DNA of 64,000 bases from Thermodesulfobacteriota bacterium (GTDB lineage Bacteria; Desulfobacterota; GWC2-55-46), in the NCBI GenBank assembly GCA_030583865.1, contig CP129479.1, forward strand, positions 196,744-260,743. The letters are read 5' to 3'. Both the position numbers and the translations under genes were made by a program. The notes under the pieces are model-generated. The model had not been told where the DNA came from. It saw nothing but the letters and a program-made list of their open reading frames with translations, and ran no database searches. This document shows positions 20,150 to 30,752 of this stretch, in pieces. Positions within the stretch are counted from its first letter, which is position 1; every line of letters starts with the position of its first letter.

Positions 20150-21625
20150 ATGCCCATACCTGAAAGAAAGACAAGGATTATCGCAACGATAGGTCCCTCG
20201 TCGAGCTCGCCCGAGGTCATAGAGAAACTCATGCTCGCGGGGGCGGACGTATTGAGGCTGAACCTTTCCCACGGCACAAGGGAGGTGCACGGCAAAGTCA
20301 TCTCCTCCATCCGCGCCGCCTCCAGTAAGCTTGACCTCCCCATAGCCATACTCCTCGACCTCCAGGGCCCCAAGATACGGGTGGGCCGCCTGAGAAAGCC
20401 TTCGATAGAGCTTGTCCCGGGCCAGGAGATATCCATCTCCGCGAGCGAGCCGGACGGCGACGAGCGGATGATATCCACTACCTACGCCGACCTTTACAAG
20501 GACGTAAAGCCCGGGGACAGGATACTTATGGACGACGGCCTCATCGAGGCGTCGGTAACGGGTGTCGAGGGCGATGTGATACGCGCCAGGGTCGTCTACG
20601 GCGGGGCGCTCAAGGAGAACAAGGGCATGAACCTCCCGGGCGTTGCCGTGAGCGCGCCCTGCCTTTCGGACAAGGACCTGGCCGACCTGGCATTCGGGAT
20701 CGAGCAGGGGGTCGACTATATCGCGCTCTCTTTCGTAAGGAGCGCATCCGACATAGCCCGCATAAAGGGGATAATAAGCGGGTCTTCAGCCGACATCCCC
20801 GTGATAGCCAAGATAGAGAAGGCCGAGGCCGTCGAGGACCTCGACGCGATACTCGAGGAGTCGGACGGCATAATGATAGCGCGCGGCGACCTCGGGGTCG
20901 AGCTCTCGACAGAAGAAATTCCAGTGCTGCAGAAAAAGCTCATCACCAGGGCCAACGAGGCCGGTAAGGTCGTCATAACCGCCACACAGATGATGGAGTC
21001 GATGATAGGGAACCCGAGGCCCACCAGGGCCGAGGCGTCGGATGTGGCGAACGCCGTATTCGACGGCACTGACGCCCTGATGCTCTCGGGAGAAACGGCG
21101 GTCGGCGGGTGGCCAGTGAAGGCGGTCGAGATAATGGTGAGGATAGCTACGGAGGCCGAGGAGGCCGCGCTCGCCCACAAGCACCTCCTCCGGAGGAGGA
21201 AGGCCCCGGCAGGCTCGTTCTCCTTTGCACAGGCCGTGGCCCATGCCGCTACCGCGGCATCGGAAGAGGTCGGGCCCAAAGCCGTCGTGGTCTTCACGCA
21301 GACCGGGGAGACGGCCAGGCTATTATCCAAGCTCAGGCCGATAACGCCCATAATCGCATTCACGAACCAGGAAAACATCCGGAGGAGGGCCGCGCTCCTT
21401 TGGGGCGTCACGCCCTTTACAGTCGAGTTCGGCGAGCATACCGACGAGATGATATGCAGGGGGGAGGCCGCGCTCCTGGACCGCGGGCTCGCGGACTTCG
21501 GGGACACGATAGTGGTCGTCTCCGGGAGCAAGGTGGGCATGCGGGGCGCTACCAACATGATGAAGATAGACTGGATAGGGAGCGAGGAGTGCAGGGTCTA
21601 TCTCAAGAGCGGCAGAGTGCCTTGA
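20150..21625 (+). CDS. pyk: Pyruvate kinase
   Basis: 491 aa with pyruvate-kinase motifs (IIATIGP, MIARGDLGVE). Confidence 0.95.
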   Translation: MPIPERKTRIIATIGPSSSSPEVIEKLMLAGADVLRLNLSHGTREVHGKVISSIRAASSKLDLPIAILLDLQGPKIRVGRLRKPSIELVPGQEISISASEPDGDERMISTTYADLYKDVKPGDRILMDDGLIEASVTGVEGDVIRARVVYGGALKENKGMNLPGVAVSAPCLSDKDLADLAFGIEQGVDYIALSFVRSASDIARIKGIISGSSADIPVIAKIEKAEAVEDLDAILEESDGIMIARGDLGVELSTEEIPVLQKKLITRANEAGKVVITATQMMESMIGNPRPTRAEASDVANAVFDGTDALMLSGETAVGGWPVKAVEIMVRIATEAEEAALAHKHLLRRRKAPAGSFSFAQAVAHAATAASEEVGPKAVVVFTQTGETARLLSKLRPITPIIAFTNQENIRRRAALLWGVTPFTVEFGEHTDEMICRGEAALLDRGLADFGDTIVVVSGSKVGMRGATNMMKIDWIGSEECRVYLKSGRVP

Positions 21626-21728
21626 CCGGAAGCTCCCTCCCCGTCTCCCCTCCTAGATCGAAGTACTATCACCCGGGACGCCAGCCCTCTCCATTCAGGA
21701 GACCCGCCCAATACGGCTCATCCAATTC

Positions 21729-22748
21729 TCAAAAAGAGTACTGCAGCGCGAGTATCCAGAAAAGGTCGGTTGACTTGACTCCCTCTGAAGGTTCGCTGTC
21801 GTACTCCACTATATTCGAGAGCTTCATGGCCCAGTCCGCGCCCAGCGACGTAGTTATCGCGGCCTCGTTCCGCAGCTGGTAGTCGTCGGGCTGGTCGAGC
21901 CTGTTGTTCACCACCAGGCTGTCGCTGAACTCGAGATTGCCTGATAGCTTCCACCTGAGCGCTGCCGCGGCGCGGGAAGTGGCCCAGGAGTCGTCCGCGC
22001 CGAGGTAGAGGTCCTCTGAGAAAAAGGCCGCGCCGAGCTCAAGGCGGAGCGACCGGGCGTCGTCGTCCCACACCTGGTAGCCCGCGCCAGGGCCCACGAT
22101 GCTCCTGAGCTTTATGTCCCTGAACCTGTCGGAGAGCATCTCTACGCTCACGTATCCGTAAAGGCGGCCGGTGAAGAAATAATCGTATTTGAGCATCCCG
22201 TATACGTTCCGCGCCGACATGCTGCCGCCCTCCTCGGCGTAGTTATAGAGGAGCTTGAATGTGGCGCGGTCGATGTCCGACTTCTTGACCGCCTCCGCGC
22301 CTATGGAGGCGCTGGTCCTGTCCGTGTTGCCGGACTGCGAGTTCGCCCCGATGGAGACGTTGCCGGTCCACTTGACCTCTTTCGCGGGCGGGTTCAGAGA
22401 TTCTATCTTGTCCCAGCTTATCGCTACAGCGCCCCTGCCCTCGCCGGGCTCGACGACCACCTGGCCGGGTGTCGTCGTGGAAAGCCTCCCCCGGACCACC
22501 TCGCCACCGGATAGATGAATATCGACAGCCTCGTCGGTCGTAATCCTCGCGACCTTGTCGGTAGTGATGCTCACGGGCTTCGAGTATGTCGTAGAGACCG
22601 TCAGGACACCGTTCTCGATCCTCGTCACCTTCCCGGTGATGGTGTCCCCGTTTTCGAGGACGACTTCATCCGCGCCGGCGGGCGCGGAGAACGCGGCAAG
22701 AAAAAAAGCGCATGCCAGGCAGAGCATGTAGATACGGCGAGTGGCCAT
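21729..22748 (-). CDS. DUF481-family outer-membrane protein (YdiY-like)
   Basis: Signal peptide present. Beta-rich sequence with a C-terminal YSF. Confidence 0.6.
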   Translation of the reverse strand: MATRRIYMLCLACAFFLAAFSAPAGADEVVLENGDTITGKVTRIENGVLTVSTTYSKPVSITTDKVARITTDEAVDIHLSGGEVVRGRLSTTTPGQVVVEPGEGRGAVAISWDKIESLNPPAKEVKWTGNVSIGANSQSGNTDRTSASIGAEAVKKSDIDRATFKLLYNYAEEGGSMSARNVYGMLKYDYFFTGRLYGYVSVEMLSDRFRDIKLRSIVGPGAGYQVWDDDARSLRLELGAAFFSEDLYLGADDSWATSRAAAALRWKLSGNLEFSDSLVVNNRLDQPDDYQLRNEAAITTSLGADWAMKLSNIVEYDSEPSEGVKSTDLFWILALQYSF

Positions 22749-22802
22749 TTGTAACCCCCATTTTTTGTATTCTCGTTACTGGCGCGGCCCGACACCCGCG
22801 GG

Positions 22803-25691
22803 TCACTCCAGCTTGAACTCGACGCGGCTGTCCCTGACCCCCTCCTTTTTGCCGGCTTCGAGGTCCCCTGACCAGAGGATGAAGACCCGCGAAGGCTCGA
22901 CCTTGCCGGTACCCAGTATATAGTCCCTGACCGCGTTGGAGCGGCTTCCCGCAAGGCTTCTCAAATCGTCGCCGGTCGCCAGGGTATGTTCCCTTAAAAG
23001 CCTCTCAAGCTCGGGAGCCGGGAGCTTTTTCACCATGCCCAGGAAGTTCTTCTCCTTGTGGAATTCAGCCCTCTTGTAGGCGAGGAACAGATATTTCTCA
23101 AACTCGTCATTGCCGATTTCAACATCGTCGATGGAGCGGCCGCCGCCCCCTGCGGCGGCCTTGAGCTTTTCGGCCTTTAGCGCCCTCGTGAACTTCTCTT
23201 CGGCGACGGCCCTTGCGTCTTCTTCATAATCCGCGTACCCCTCGATTTCGAGCTTCAGGCCAGGCCGTTCGTAAAGCGCGGACACAAGCGCATCGAGCTT
23301 TTTGACGGAGTCCACGGTGAGCGTGCGGCTTCCAGCGGAGAACTCCACGTACCCGAGGTCTTCGCCTCCCCCGAATAGCCCTCCGATAAGCGCAAAGGGC
23401 GAGGTCACCGCCTTTTCCACGAGGTTGAAAATGACCTGCACAATGAGGGCGCCGACACTGAACTCCGGGTCGTCAAGTGAGCCGGAAAGGGGCAGGTCCA
23501 GGGTTATCTGCCCCTTCCTGTCCTTGAGGAGGCTTATTGCGAACGCGACCGGAAGCCCGGTCGCCTGCGGACTGTCCACTTTCTGCCCGAGTGTTATCTG
23601 GTCTATAAGGACCTCGTTTGCGGCCTTGAGCGCCCTTTTTTCGATACGGTAACCAAGGTCCAGGAAAATCTTCCCCTTTTCGACCACGTACCCGATGTGC
23701 CTGCCGGAATAGGGCGTGATTGAGCTTAGCTCATAGCCGTCCAGCTTGATGCGCATGTCGATGAAGAGGTCGTCCTTATTCGGGTTGATCTTACCCTCGG
23801 CCTCGAGGTGCGCGTACTTATCGACCTTGCCGGAAAGTGCCAGCTCCGCAATCCTGCTGCCGTCAAGGAAGAGCCCCCTCATATTGCCGTTAAGCCCCTC
23901 GATGCTCGTGGAAAACGCGGGCTCGACCTGCAGGTCGGTGAAATCCACTCTGCCGTTTCTGAGCGTGACAGAGTCAATCCTCATGTACGAGGGCCCGTCC
24001 GCTCCCGGCCCTGCCGCAGGGGCCGGTGCGTCCGCATTGCCGGCATGCATGGGCTTCATTATCGCGGCGACGTTCAGCCCTCCCTCGCGGCCTGTGACGA
24101 CTCTCGCGTGGAAATCCGAAAGCATGACTGACCTGGCAACGAAGCGGAAAGGGGCAAGGTCGAACTCGACGCCGTTCAGGGCAAGAGAGCCGAACCTCAT
24201 GAAAGGTTCGACGTTCAAGCCGTCGAGCGCTGAAAATCCGGAAAGGCCCCCGTTCCCCTTATAGGAGATGCGCATGCCCGAATGCCCGAGCCCGGCAAGA
24301 AGCTTACCCGAGGCAGAGGCCGCGCCCCTTGTGATTTTCATATCGAGAAAGCCGTCGATGTACGGCTCGAGCGGCCTTACATCCAGGGCCTCGGCTTTCA
24401 ACTCGAGCTCCGCCTCCAGCGGATTAACGGAGAGGCTCCCTTCGGCCAGCACGGCCTCCCCTGAAGGCGCCCTGTAATCGAGGCGCGCCGTTCCGGGCCT
24501 GCCCGGCAGGGTGGTAAAGCCGGTCAGAGAAAAATCTACAGGGTCGAATGCGAGGCGGACGGGCCTGCTTCCCGTCAAGTCAGTAAAGGAAAGACGCGCC
24601 CTGGAGACCTCTATGCTATCGACCTCAAGGCTGGACCCGGCGTCACCTTCGCGAGGTTCTCTTTCGGCAGAACCGGGGAAAAGCGAGAGGAAGTTTATGG
24701 CGCCGTCGGCTCTCCTTACGAGCGCGATGTCAGGCCGCGAGAGGGTAACGGAAGAGAGGCGCGCCTTTCCGGCGAAGATATCGACAGAGGCGATGTCGAT
24801 GTCCAGCTCGGGCGCCTTTGCGACCTCTCCGCCATGCTCGTCCCTCAGGTCGAGGTCCCTGAGCTTAAGCGCGCCCTTCAAGGCAAGCTCGGGAGACCTG
24901 TCCCTGTATTGTATGTAAGAGAGCCCGAGGTCCGCGAAAAGCGTCCCTGAAGGCATCCTCAACTTGAGCGGAACAGGGGAGTACGCGAGGTACTCGGGAA
25001 GGCTGAGCGCCTCAATGCTTATGGCGAGCGACGTCTCGAAAGAATCGGCAAAGGGCTTGCTCTCTCCCTTCAGGTCAAAAGGCGTCCCGTTCACCTTTGC
25101 CGAGAATGAAGGCTTTACGAATATTTCGACCTCGCTCGGTATGCTGGAGATGAACGGTATCTCGACGTTCATCTCCCTTACCGCGTGGGACTTGCCCTTT
25201 GGCAAGTCGATGAAATCCACGCTTCCACCGGTCACGCGGATGTTGTTGAGGGAGAACTTGAGAGGCTCCCCCGACGCCGCCTCCTTTTCATCGGGAGCAC
25301 CCTCGGGGATGAGGTCGGAGAAATTATAGCTCATGTCCATGTTATGGACGGCCCTCAGGTAAGGCTTGTCAAGGGCGAGTTCCTTCACGGTGATCCCGCC
25401 CTTCAGGAGCGACCTTGCCTGCAGGTTCACCCTGAGCTCGCCGAAGGACGCGAACACCTCCGCCTTGCCGGGCTCCATGACCCTGAAGCCGGAGAGCCTG
25501 AAGCTGAAGCTGTACGGATTGAAGCGGACCTCCTCAAGAGAGGTCTCGCGCCCGAGAAGCTCCGTAAGCTTCTTGGGCGCGAGGGATTGTATAAGATACG
25601 GGACGAGGAGGAACCCCAGAAGCGAATAGACCGCAAATGAGGCGAGAAGGGCCGCGAGGAGCTTATTGTACCAGTATTTATTCCATTTCAT
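22803..25691 (-). CDS. Large AsmA-like/DUF748 envelope protein
   Basis: 962 aa with an N-terminal TM anchor, long repetitive beta-rich body and a conserved C-terminal domain. Confidence 0.6.
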   Translation of the reverse strand: MKWNKYWYNKLLAALLASFAVYSLLGFLLVPYLIQSLAPKKLTELLGRETSLEEVRFNPYSFSFRLSGFRVMEPGKAEVFASFGELRVNLQARSLLKGGITVKELALDKPYLRAVHNMDMSYNFSDLIPEGAPDEKEAASGEPLKFSLNNIRVTGGSVDFIDLPKGKSHAVREMNVEIPFISSIPSEVEIFVKPSFSAKVNGTPFDLKGESKPFADSFETSLAISIEALSLPEYLAYSPVPLKLRMPSGTLFADLGLSYIQYRDRSPELALKGALKLRDLDLRDEHGGEVAKAPELDIDIASVDIFAGKARLSSVTLSRPDIALVRRADGAINFLSLFPGSAEREPREGDAGSSLEVDSIEVSRARLSFTDLTGSRPVRLAFDPVDFSLTGFTTLPGRPGTARLDYRAPSGEAVLAEGSLSVNPLEAELELKAEALDVRPLEPYIDGFLDMKITRGAASASGKLLAGLGHSGMRISYKGNGGLSGFSALDGLNVEPFMRFGSLALNGVEFDLAPFRFVARSVMLSDFHARVVTGREGGLNVAAIMKPMHAGNADAPAPAAGPGADGPSYMRIDSVTLRNGRVDFTDLQVEPAFSTSIEGLNGNMRGLFLDGSRIAELALSGKVDKYAHLEAEGKINPNKDDLFIDMRIKLDGYELSSITPYSGRHIGYVVEKGKIFLDLGYRIEKRALKAANEVLIDQITLGQKVDSPQATGLPVAFAISLLKDRKGQITLDLPLSGSLDDPEFSVGALIVQVIFNLVEKAVTSPFALIGGLFGGGEDLGYVEFSAGSRTLTVDSVKKLDALVSALYERPGLKLEIEGYADYEEDARAVAEEKFTRALKAEKLKAAAGGGGRSIDDVEIGNDEFEKYLFLAYKRAEFHKEKNFLGMVKKLPAPELERLLREHTLATGDDLRSLAGSRSNAVRDYILGTGKVEPSRVFILWSGDLEAGKKEGVRDSRVEFKLE

Positions 25692-25778
25692 AATGGCCCC
25701 TCGCGGGAGGCAACCGGGCAGCCGGGGCCGGCTTCAAGAGGAGAGAAGCAGGTCATGGGCGCGGCATCCGAGGCACAC

Positions 25779-26222
25779 TCAACCGATGCCCGAGGTGCAG
25801 TGGGGGCAGCGGGTGGCCTTCAAGGGCACGACTGAAAAGCAATACGAGCATTCCTTGGTCGCCGGAGGGGGCGGCGCCGGGGCTTCGATCCAGAGGCTCC
25901 TTACGCCCTTTATGAGGAGGAACATGGAAAAGGCGACGATCAGGAAGTTGACGACCGTGTTTATGAACGCCCCGTAGTTGAGCGTGACCGCGGCGGCCTT
26001 CTTGGCTTCCGCGAGCGTGGGATAGGGGCCGGCGAATGTCCCGCTCTTGAGCGTGATGAAGAGGTTGGAGAAATCATAGCCGACCAGAAGGCCCATCGGA
26101 GGCATGAGAATGTCTGCAACGAGGGAGTTGACGATGCCGCTGAACGCCACCCCGATGATGACGCCTACAGCCATGTCGATGACGTTCCCTCTTAAAGCGA
26201 ACGTCTTGAACTCCTTGAGCAT
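25779..26222 (-). CDS. mscL: Large-conductance mechanosensitive channel with C-terminal Cys4 zinc-ribbon-like tail
   Basis: MscL core motifs ([19 protein letters not shown]). Tail is CSYCFS-X11-CPHC. Confidence 0.85.
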   Translation of the reverse strand: MLKEFKTFALRGNVIDMAVGVIIGVAFSGIVNSLVADILMPPMGLLVGYDFSNLFITLKSGTFAGPYPTLAEAKKAAAVTLNYGAFINTVVNFLIVAFSMFLLIKGVRSLWIEAPAPPPPATKECSYCFSVVPLKATRCPHCTSGIG

Positions 26223-26385
26223 TGTCTACCCGCCCCCGCTTCCCGGCAGCTTGAGATAAGTAAATGACTATGGGAATCTATCAGCTATCGCCCCTGGTGT
26301 CAAGCAGCGCTGGCTGGCGGGAAACGGGCCTTTCGGAAGGGCGGCTGGCTTTGATCGGCTGACTTAAAACGCGGGAGCGCAGAGT

Positions 26386-28101
26386 CTATCTTATATACGC
26401 CTCGGTCACATACCTTCTCATCATCCTGTGAGAGTTGAAGTAGTAGGCGACCTTGCCTATGGAGTTCTCCATCATCTTTATCCATATCCTGCGGTTGTCA
26501 TAAAAAGTCGGGATGACGTCCTTTTCGAGCTTCCTGTAGAGGTCGTCGGCGTCCGCCTCGTCGGTCGAGAGCGCAAGCGAGCTCTCAAGCGGCTGGGGGC
26601 CTATGGACCAGCCGGTATAGCCCTCGATGTGCCCCTCTATCCACCAGCCGTCAAGGATGCTGAAGTTCAAGACCCCGTTGTGGGCGGCCTTCATTCCGCT
26701 CGTGCCCGAGGCCTCCCTGGGCCGCATCGGGGTATTCAGCCATACGTCCACGCCCGAGATCATCTTCAGGGCGAGGTCCATGTCGTAGTTCCCGAGGTAC
26801 GCTATTTTGATATCGTCAGCGAGCTCGCGGGCGGTCTTTACGATGCGCTCTATATTCCTCTTGCCTTCGATGTCCCTGGGGTGGGCCTTACCGGCGTAGA
26901 TGACCTGAACCTTTTTCCTGCCGATCTTCCGGAGGCGCTCGACATCCCAGAGGAGCAGGTTCGACCTCTTGTAGGCAGTGGCCCGCCTGGCGAAGCCTAT
27001 GGTGAGGGTTTCATAGTCCATGCCGGCGCCGGTTTCGCCGTTCACGAAGTCTATGAGCCTCCTTTTCGCCTCCATGTGCGCGCCCCAGAGCTCTTCTTCG
27101 GGGATACGGGTTATCCTCACGAAAAGCTCGGGCTCGTTGGCCCAGCCGGGCAGGTACTTGTCGTAGAGGCGCGCGAAGGGCTCCGAGACCCAGGTGAAGG
27201 TATGCACGCCGTTTGTGATGGCCTGTATCTTGTAGCCGGGGAATAGGACCTTCGAGACCTCGCTGTGCTTCTTCGCGACCCCGTTCATGTACTGGCTCAG
27301 GTTCATGGCAAGGAGCGTCATATTCAGCTTGTTCGCGCCGCCAAGCTCCTTCAAGACGTCGAAAGGCACGTCCTCGCCGAGGACCTCCCGCACGAGGTCG
27401 TAAGAAAACTTGTCGTGCCCGGCCTCGACCGGGGTGTGCGTCGTGAATACGCAGAGGTTTTTGACGCGCTCTATGTCCCAGACCTCGCGTTCGTCCCAGA
27501 CCGCCTCTATGTCGCGCTTGTATCTCTGCAGTAGTTCGAGCGTAAGGAGCGCCGCGTGTCCTTCGTTCATGTGGTATTTCTTTATCCTGAATCCCAGGGC
27601 CCTGAGCATGAGCACTCCGCCCAGGCCGAGCACCACCTCCTGCTTGAGCCTGTAGCGGTCGTCGCCGCCGTAGAGGTGGTCGGTTATGGCCCTGTCCTCG
27701 GGGGTGTTCTCCGGGAGGTCGGTGTCGAGGAAGAAGATCGGCACATTCCACTTGGTGACCAGGCTCCGTATGGAATAGACCCAGGCCTGGACAGCGACCT
27801 CCCTCCCTTCTATCGTGACCCTTATCCGCTGGGGCAGCAGCTGCATGTGCTCTGCCGGGCTCCATTTCTCCGGGTGCTCTGTCTGCTTTCCGTCCTTGTC
27901 AAGCTCCTGCCTGAAGTACCCCTTCCGGTGTATGAGAGTGACCGCCACCATGGGAAGGTTGAGGTCTGCAGCCGATTTTATCGTGTCTCCGGCAAGCACC
28001 CCCAGGCCGCCGCTATAGGTGGGTATCTCGTTCCTGAAGCCCACCTCCATTGAGAAATAGGCTATCTTGGATTCGGCTGTAAGCTCTTCAAGCAATGACA
28101 T
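26386..28101 (-). CDS. Alpha-glucan (glycogen) phosphorylase family protein, GT35
   Basis: 571 aa with GT35 motifs (YFSMEVG, GGLGVLAGD, TNGVH). Confidence 0.8.
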   Translation of the reverse strand: MSLLEELTAESKIAYFSMEVGFRNEIPTYSGGLGVLAGDTIKSAADLNLPMVAVTLIHRKGYFRQELDKDGKQTEHPEKWSPAEHMQLLPQRIRVTIEGREVAVQAWVYSIRSLVTKWNVPIFFLDTDLPENTPEDRAITDHLYGGDDRYRLKQEVVLGLGGVLMLRALGFRIKKYHMNEGHAALLTLELLQRYKRDIEAVWDEREVWDIERVKNLCVFTTHTPVEAGHDKFSYDLVREVLGEDVPFDVLKELGGANKLNMTLLAMNLSQYMNGVAKKHSEVSKVLFPGYKIQAITNGVHTFTWVSEPFARLYDKYLPGWANEPELFVRITRIPEEELWGAHMEAKRRLIDFVNGETGAGMDYETLTIGFARRATAYKRSNLLLWDVERLRKIGRKKVQVIYAGKAHPRDIEGKRNIERIVKTARELADDIKIAYLGNYDMDLALKMISGVDVWLNTPMRPREASGTSGMKAAHNGVLNFSILDGWWIEGHIEGYTGWSIGPQPLESSLALSTDEADADDLYRKLEKDVIPTFYDNRRIWIKMMENSIGKVAYYFNSHRMMRRYVTEAYIR

Positions 28102-28302
28102 GGGTTCCCCTGAAAAGTTGGATTGTTAAAAACGAGCTTTCCCACCGCCGGGCCGGAGCAAGATATTTCCCTTATTAATTTTTTTATTCCGCCAGCCGAT
28201 ATATAAAAAGTTGTGTTTTATCAAATCCGTAGTCGACCGCAATTATACATCAGGACCTGCCCCGATTACAGCTTTTCCGGGCCTCGCTCGTCCTGTCCGC
28301 TC

Positions 28303-28330
28303 TTGAAGGAGAGCGGACTTGTGGTATAAT
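28303..28330 (+). promoter_or_regulatory. Sigma70-type promoter with extended -10 (TTGAAG-16 nt-TGgTATAAT)
   Basis: Called from the sequence by eye. Located about 20 nt upstream of the slt ATG at 28350, which has RBS GGAGGTG. Confidence 0.5.
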
Positions 28331-28349
28331 GCGGCGGTGGAGGTGCCCG

Positions 28350-30752
28350 ATGGCTTCGATTAAAAGGAGCCTTCATATACCGGCCCTGGTTTCCGCGCTT
28401 TCGCTCCAGCTCTTTTTTACCGGACCCGCTCACGCCTTTTTCGTAAAAACCAGCCAGGTAACGGCCCCCGAGGCCGCTCAATCCCTATTTCGCAAGGCCG
28501 GGCCTGAGCCGCTTTTCATGTTCGCGCTCAAGATGAAGGACGAGGGAAACAAGGCCGAGGCCAGGAGGTCCTTTGCGGAGGTCCGCAAGCTCTTCCCGGA
28601 TTCGGCATGGGCCCCGAGGGCGGCGTTTCTCCTGGCCCTTATTGCCCTGGAGGAGGGGGACCCCGGCGCGCTTGCCTATCTTGAAGAATCCGCAGGCCTT
28701 TCGGGCATCGACGATTACCGCCTCTTTTACAGGGCCAAGGCCCTTTCCGCGCAGGGCCTCCATGCGGAGGCTGCCGGCGCCTATGAATCCATTATACTAT
28801 CCTATCCGTCATCTTTGCTTGCCGAAAAGTCCCGGTATCTCGGCGCCGCGGCCCTTTTCGAGGGTGCTGCCTTCCAGAAATCCGCGGAAGCATTCGAGAA
28901 ATTCCTGAAAACGCACCCTGAAGGCCCCCTTTCCGCGGACGCGGCCCTCATGCTTTCCGATTCCTACATCAAATCCGGCGCGCCGGAAAAGGGTGTTGCA
29001 CGCCTTAAGGGGCTGGCGCTCGGGCAGCCTGCCGCCGCCTCCGGGCAAAAGGCCCATAAGAAGCTCGCCCAACTCGATTCAGAGGGGGTGAAGGGCGCAA
29101 AATTGACTCCTGAGGAAAGGTTCAGGAGGGCAGAGGGGCTCCTCAGGGCCGCCTCATTCGAGGCTGCCATCGGGGAGTATAAAAGTTTGAGCGGCTCGCC
29201 CGAATTCAAAGGCAAGGCGTCCGTCAAGACCGCGGTCGCGCTCGCAAGGCAGAAGAAGTACGGCCAGGCCGAAAAGCTCCTTAAAGAACATCTTTCAGCC
29301 GAGAAGCCGTCCCTTGAGGCGGAAGCGCTCTACTGGTACGCGCTGACTTCGATAAGGCAGGGAAAAGATGGCGGCGCCCTGGAGGCCCTTAAGAGGCTTT
29401 CAGTGAAATTCCCCAGAAGCGACGAGCGCGGAAGGGTTATGATGCTCCTCGCCCGCTTCAAGGAAGAAAAAGACCTTGAAGAGGCTGTGAAGCTTTATAA
29501 GACGGTAATCTCGGATTTCGCCGGCAGCCCCGTATCGGATGACGCGTTCTGGAACCTTGCATGGGGCGCGTACGCCTCCGGCAGTTATGAGGACGCCTAC
29601 GAAGGCTTCTCGCGATATCTCGCTGCGAAGCCCGGCGGCAGGGATACGACGAGGTCGCGCTACTGGAAGGCCAGGAGCGCTGAGAACCTCGGGAGGGGCG
29701 GGGAGGCGGCAGGCGGGTACGAGGAAGTTTGCGCCAAGGCCCCGGATACCTTCTATTGCCTCATGGCCGCATCGAGGGCAAGGGAGCTTGAAAAACGGAC
29801 TGGAGCGGTCCTGGCCGGGGCGAGGGCGATCCCGGCAAGCGCATTTAATCCAGGCACGCGGCCTTCTACCGATGGATTGCAAGGCGAAAGCGTTTTCGCG
29901 GGGGTTCCAGGGTACAGGGCTGCCGTGGAGCTTCTCGCTCTGGGCTTACGGGAGGAGGCCGCTGACGAGCTTGAGAGGATAGCGTCGCTTCATTCGGGGA
30001 AGCGGGCGGACCTTGCCGAGATCGCAATGCTCCTCTACGAGGCAGGGGACTACTACAGGGCCTTCAGGATATACAGGCTCCACCTCTCGGCGGATAGGGA
30101 TTTCAACCACCTCGGGTTCCCGCTCCGGATAGTCGAGTCCGTCAGGGAGAAATCCGGAGTTCCAGTTGACCCGTTCCTGGTGGCTGCCGTAGCGCGCGAG
30201 GAGAGCCATTTCAACCCCGGCGCGGTCTCGCCCGTTGGCGCGCTCGGGATGATGCAGATAATGCCCTCGACCGGAAAGGGCATAGCCGCCAGGCTCGGAG
30301 AAAGCTTCGCGGAGGGGAGCCTTTTCGAGCCGGCCACGAGCATCAGGTTCGGGTCCTGGTACCTCGGGCATCTCCTTGAGAGGTTCAACGGCGACCTGGC
30401 GCTCGCGATATCTGGCTATAACGCCGGTCCGAACGCGGCAGAGAGATGGGCGAGGAGCCTGCCATTCGAGCTCGACGAGTTCGTGGAATCCATTCCCTAT
30501 AACGAGACAAGGGCCTATTCGAAAAGGGTATTGAGGAGCTATGCCGAGTTCCTGAGGCTTGCAGGGGAGGACCCTGTCGAGCGGATAAGGAGGGTTGAGC
30601 CGTACGGCGGCAAGGCAAAAGACCCTGGCGAGGCCGACGCAAGCGGGGTAATGCCGGTTTACGCCTCTACAGGGAGCGGGCCGGGTCTTCGCCCTTTTTT
30701 CCCTTTGACCTTGCTTTCCGCACCTTTTCAGCGAGCGATTCCGCTTTTTTGA
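28350..30752 (+). CDS. slt: Soluble lytic murein transglycosylase (TPR superhelical domain + SLT catalytic domain)
   Basis: Signal peptide present. SLT motif REESHFNPGAVSPVGALGMMQIMP...YNAG. Confidence 0.8.
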   Translation: MASIKRSLHIPALVSALSLQLFFTGPAHAFFVKTSQVTAPEAAQSLFRKAGPEPLFMFALKMKDEGNKAEARRSFAEVRKLFPDSAWAPRAAFLLALIALEEGDPGALAYLEESAGLSGIDDYRLFYRAKALSAQGLHAEAAGAYESIILSYPSSLLAEKSRYLGAAALFEGAAFQKSAEAFEKFLKTHPEGPLSADAALMLSDSYIKSGAPEKGVARLKGLALGQPAAASGQKAHKKLAQLDSEGVKGAKLTPEERFRRAEGLLRAASFEAAIGEYKSLSGSPEFKGKASVKTAVALARQKKYGQAEKLLKEHLSAEKPSLEAEALYWYALTSIRQGKDGGALEALKRLSVKFPRSDERGRVMMLLARFKEEKDLEEAVKLYKTVISDFAGSPVSDDAFWNLAWGAYASGSYEDAYEGFSRYLAAKPGGRDTTRSRYWKARSAENLGRGGEAAGGYEEVCAKAPDTFYCLMAASRARELEKRTGAVLAGARAIPASAFNPGTRPSTDGLQGESVFAGVPGYRAAVELLALGLREEAADELERIASLHSGKRADLAEIAMLLYEAGDYYRAFRIYRLHLSADRDFNHLGFPLRIVESVREKSGVPVDPFLVAAVAREESHFNPGAVSPVGALGMMQIMPSTGKGIAARLGESFAEGSLFEPATSIRFGSWYLGHLLERFNGDLALAISGYNAGPNAAERWARSLPFELDEFVESIPYNETRAYSKRVLRSYAEFLRLAGEDPVERIRRVEPYGGKAKDPGEADASGVMPVYASTGSGPGLRPFFPLTLLSAPFQRAIPLF

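Noticed and set aside
27011-27865. 284-aa Arg-rich ORF inside the alpha-glucan phosphorylase gene, plus similar long antisense or alternate-frame ORFs inside amtB, pyk, uvrA and nuoCD
   Set aside because: These are GC-rich frame artefacts with no RBS or start context. They lie fully inside confidently assigned genes.
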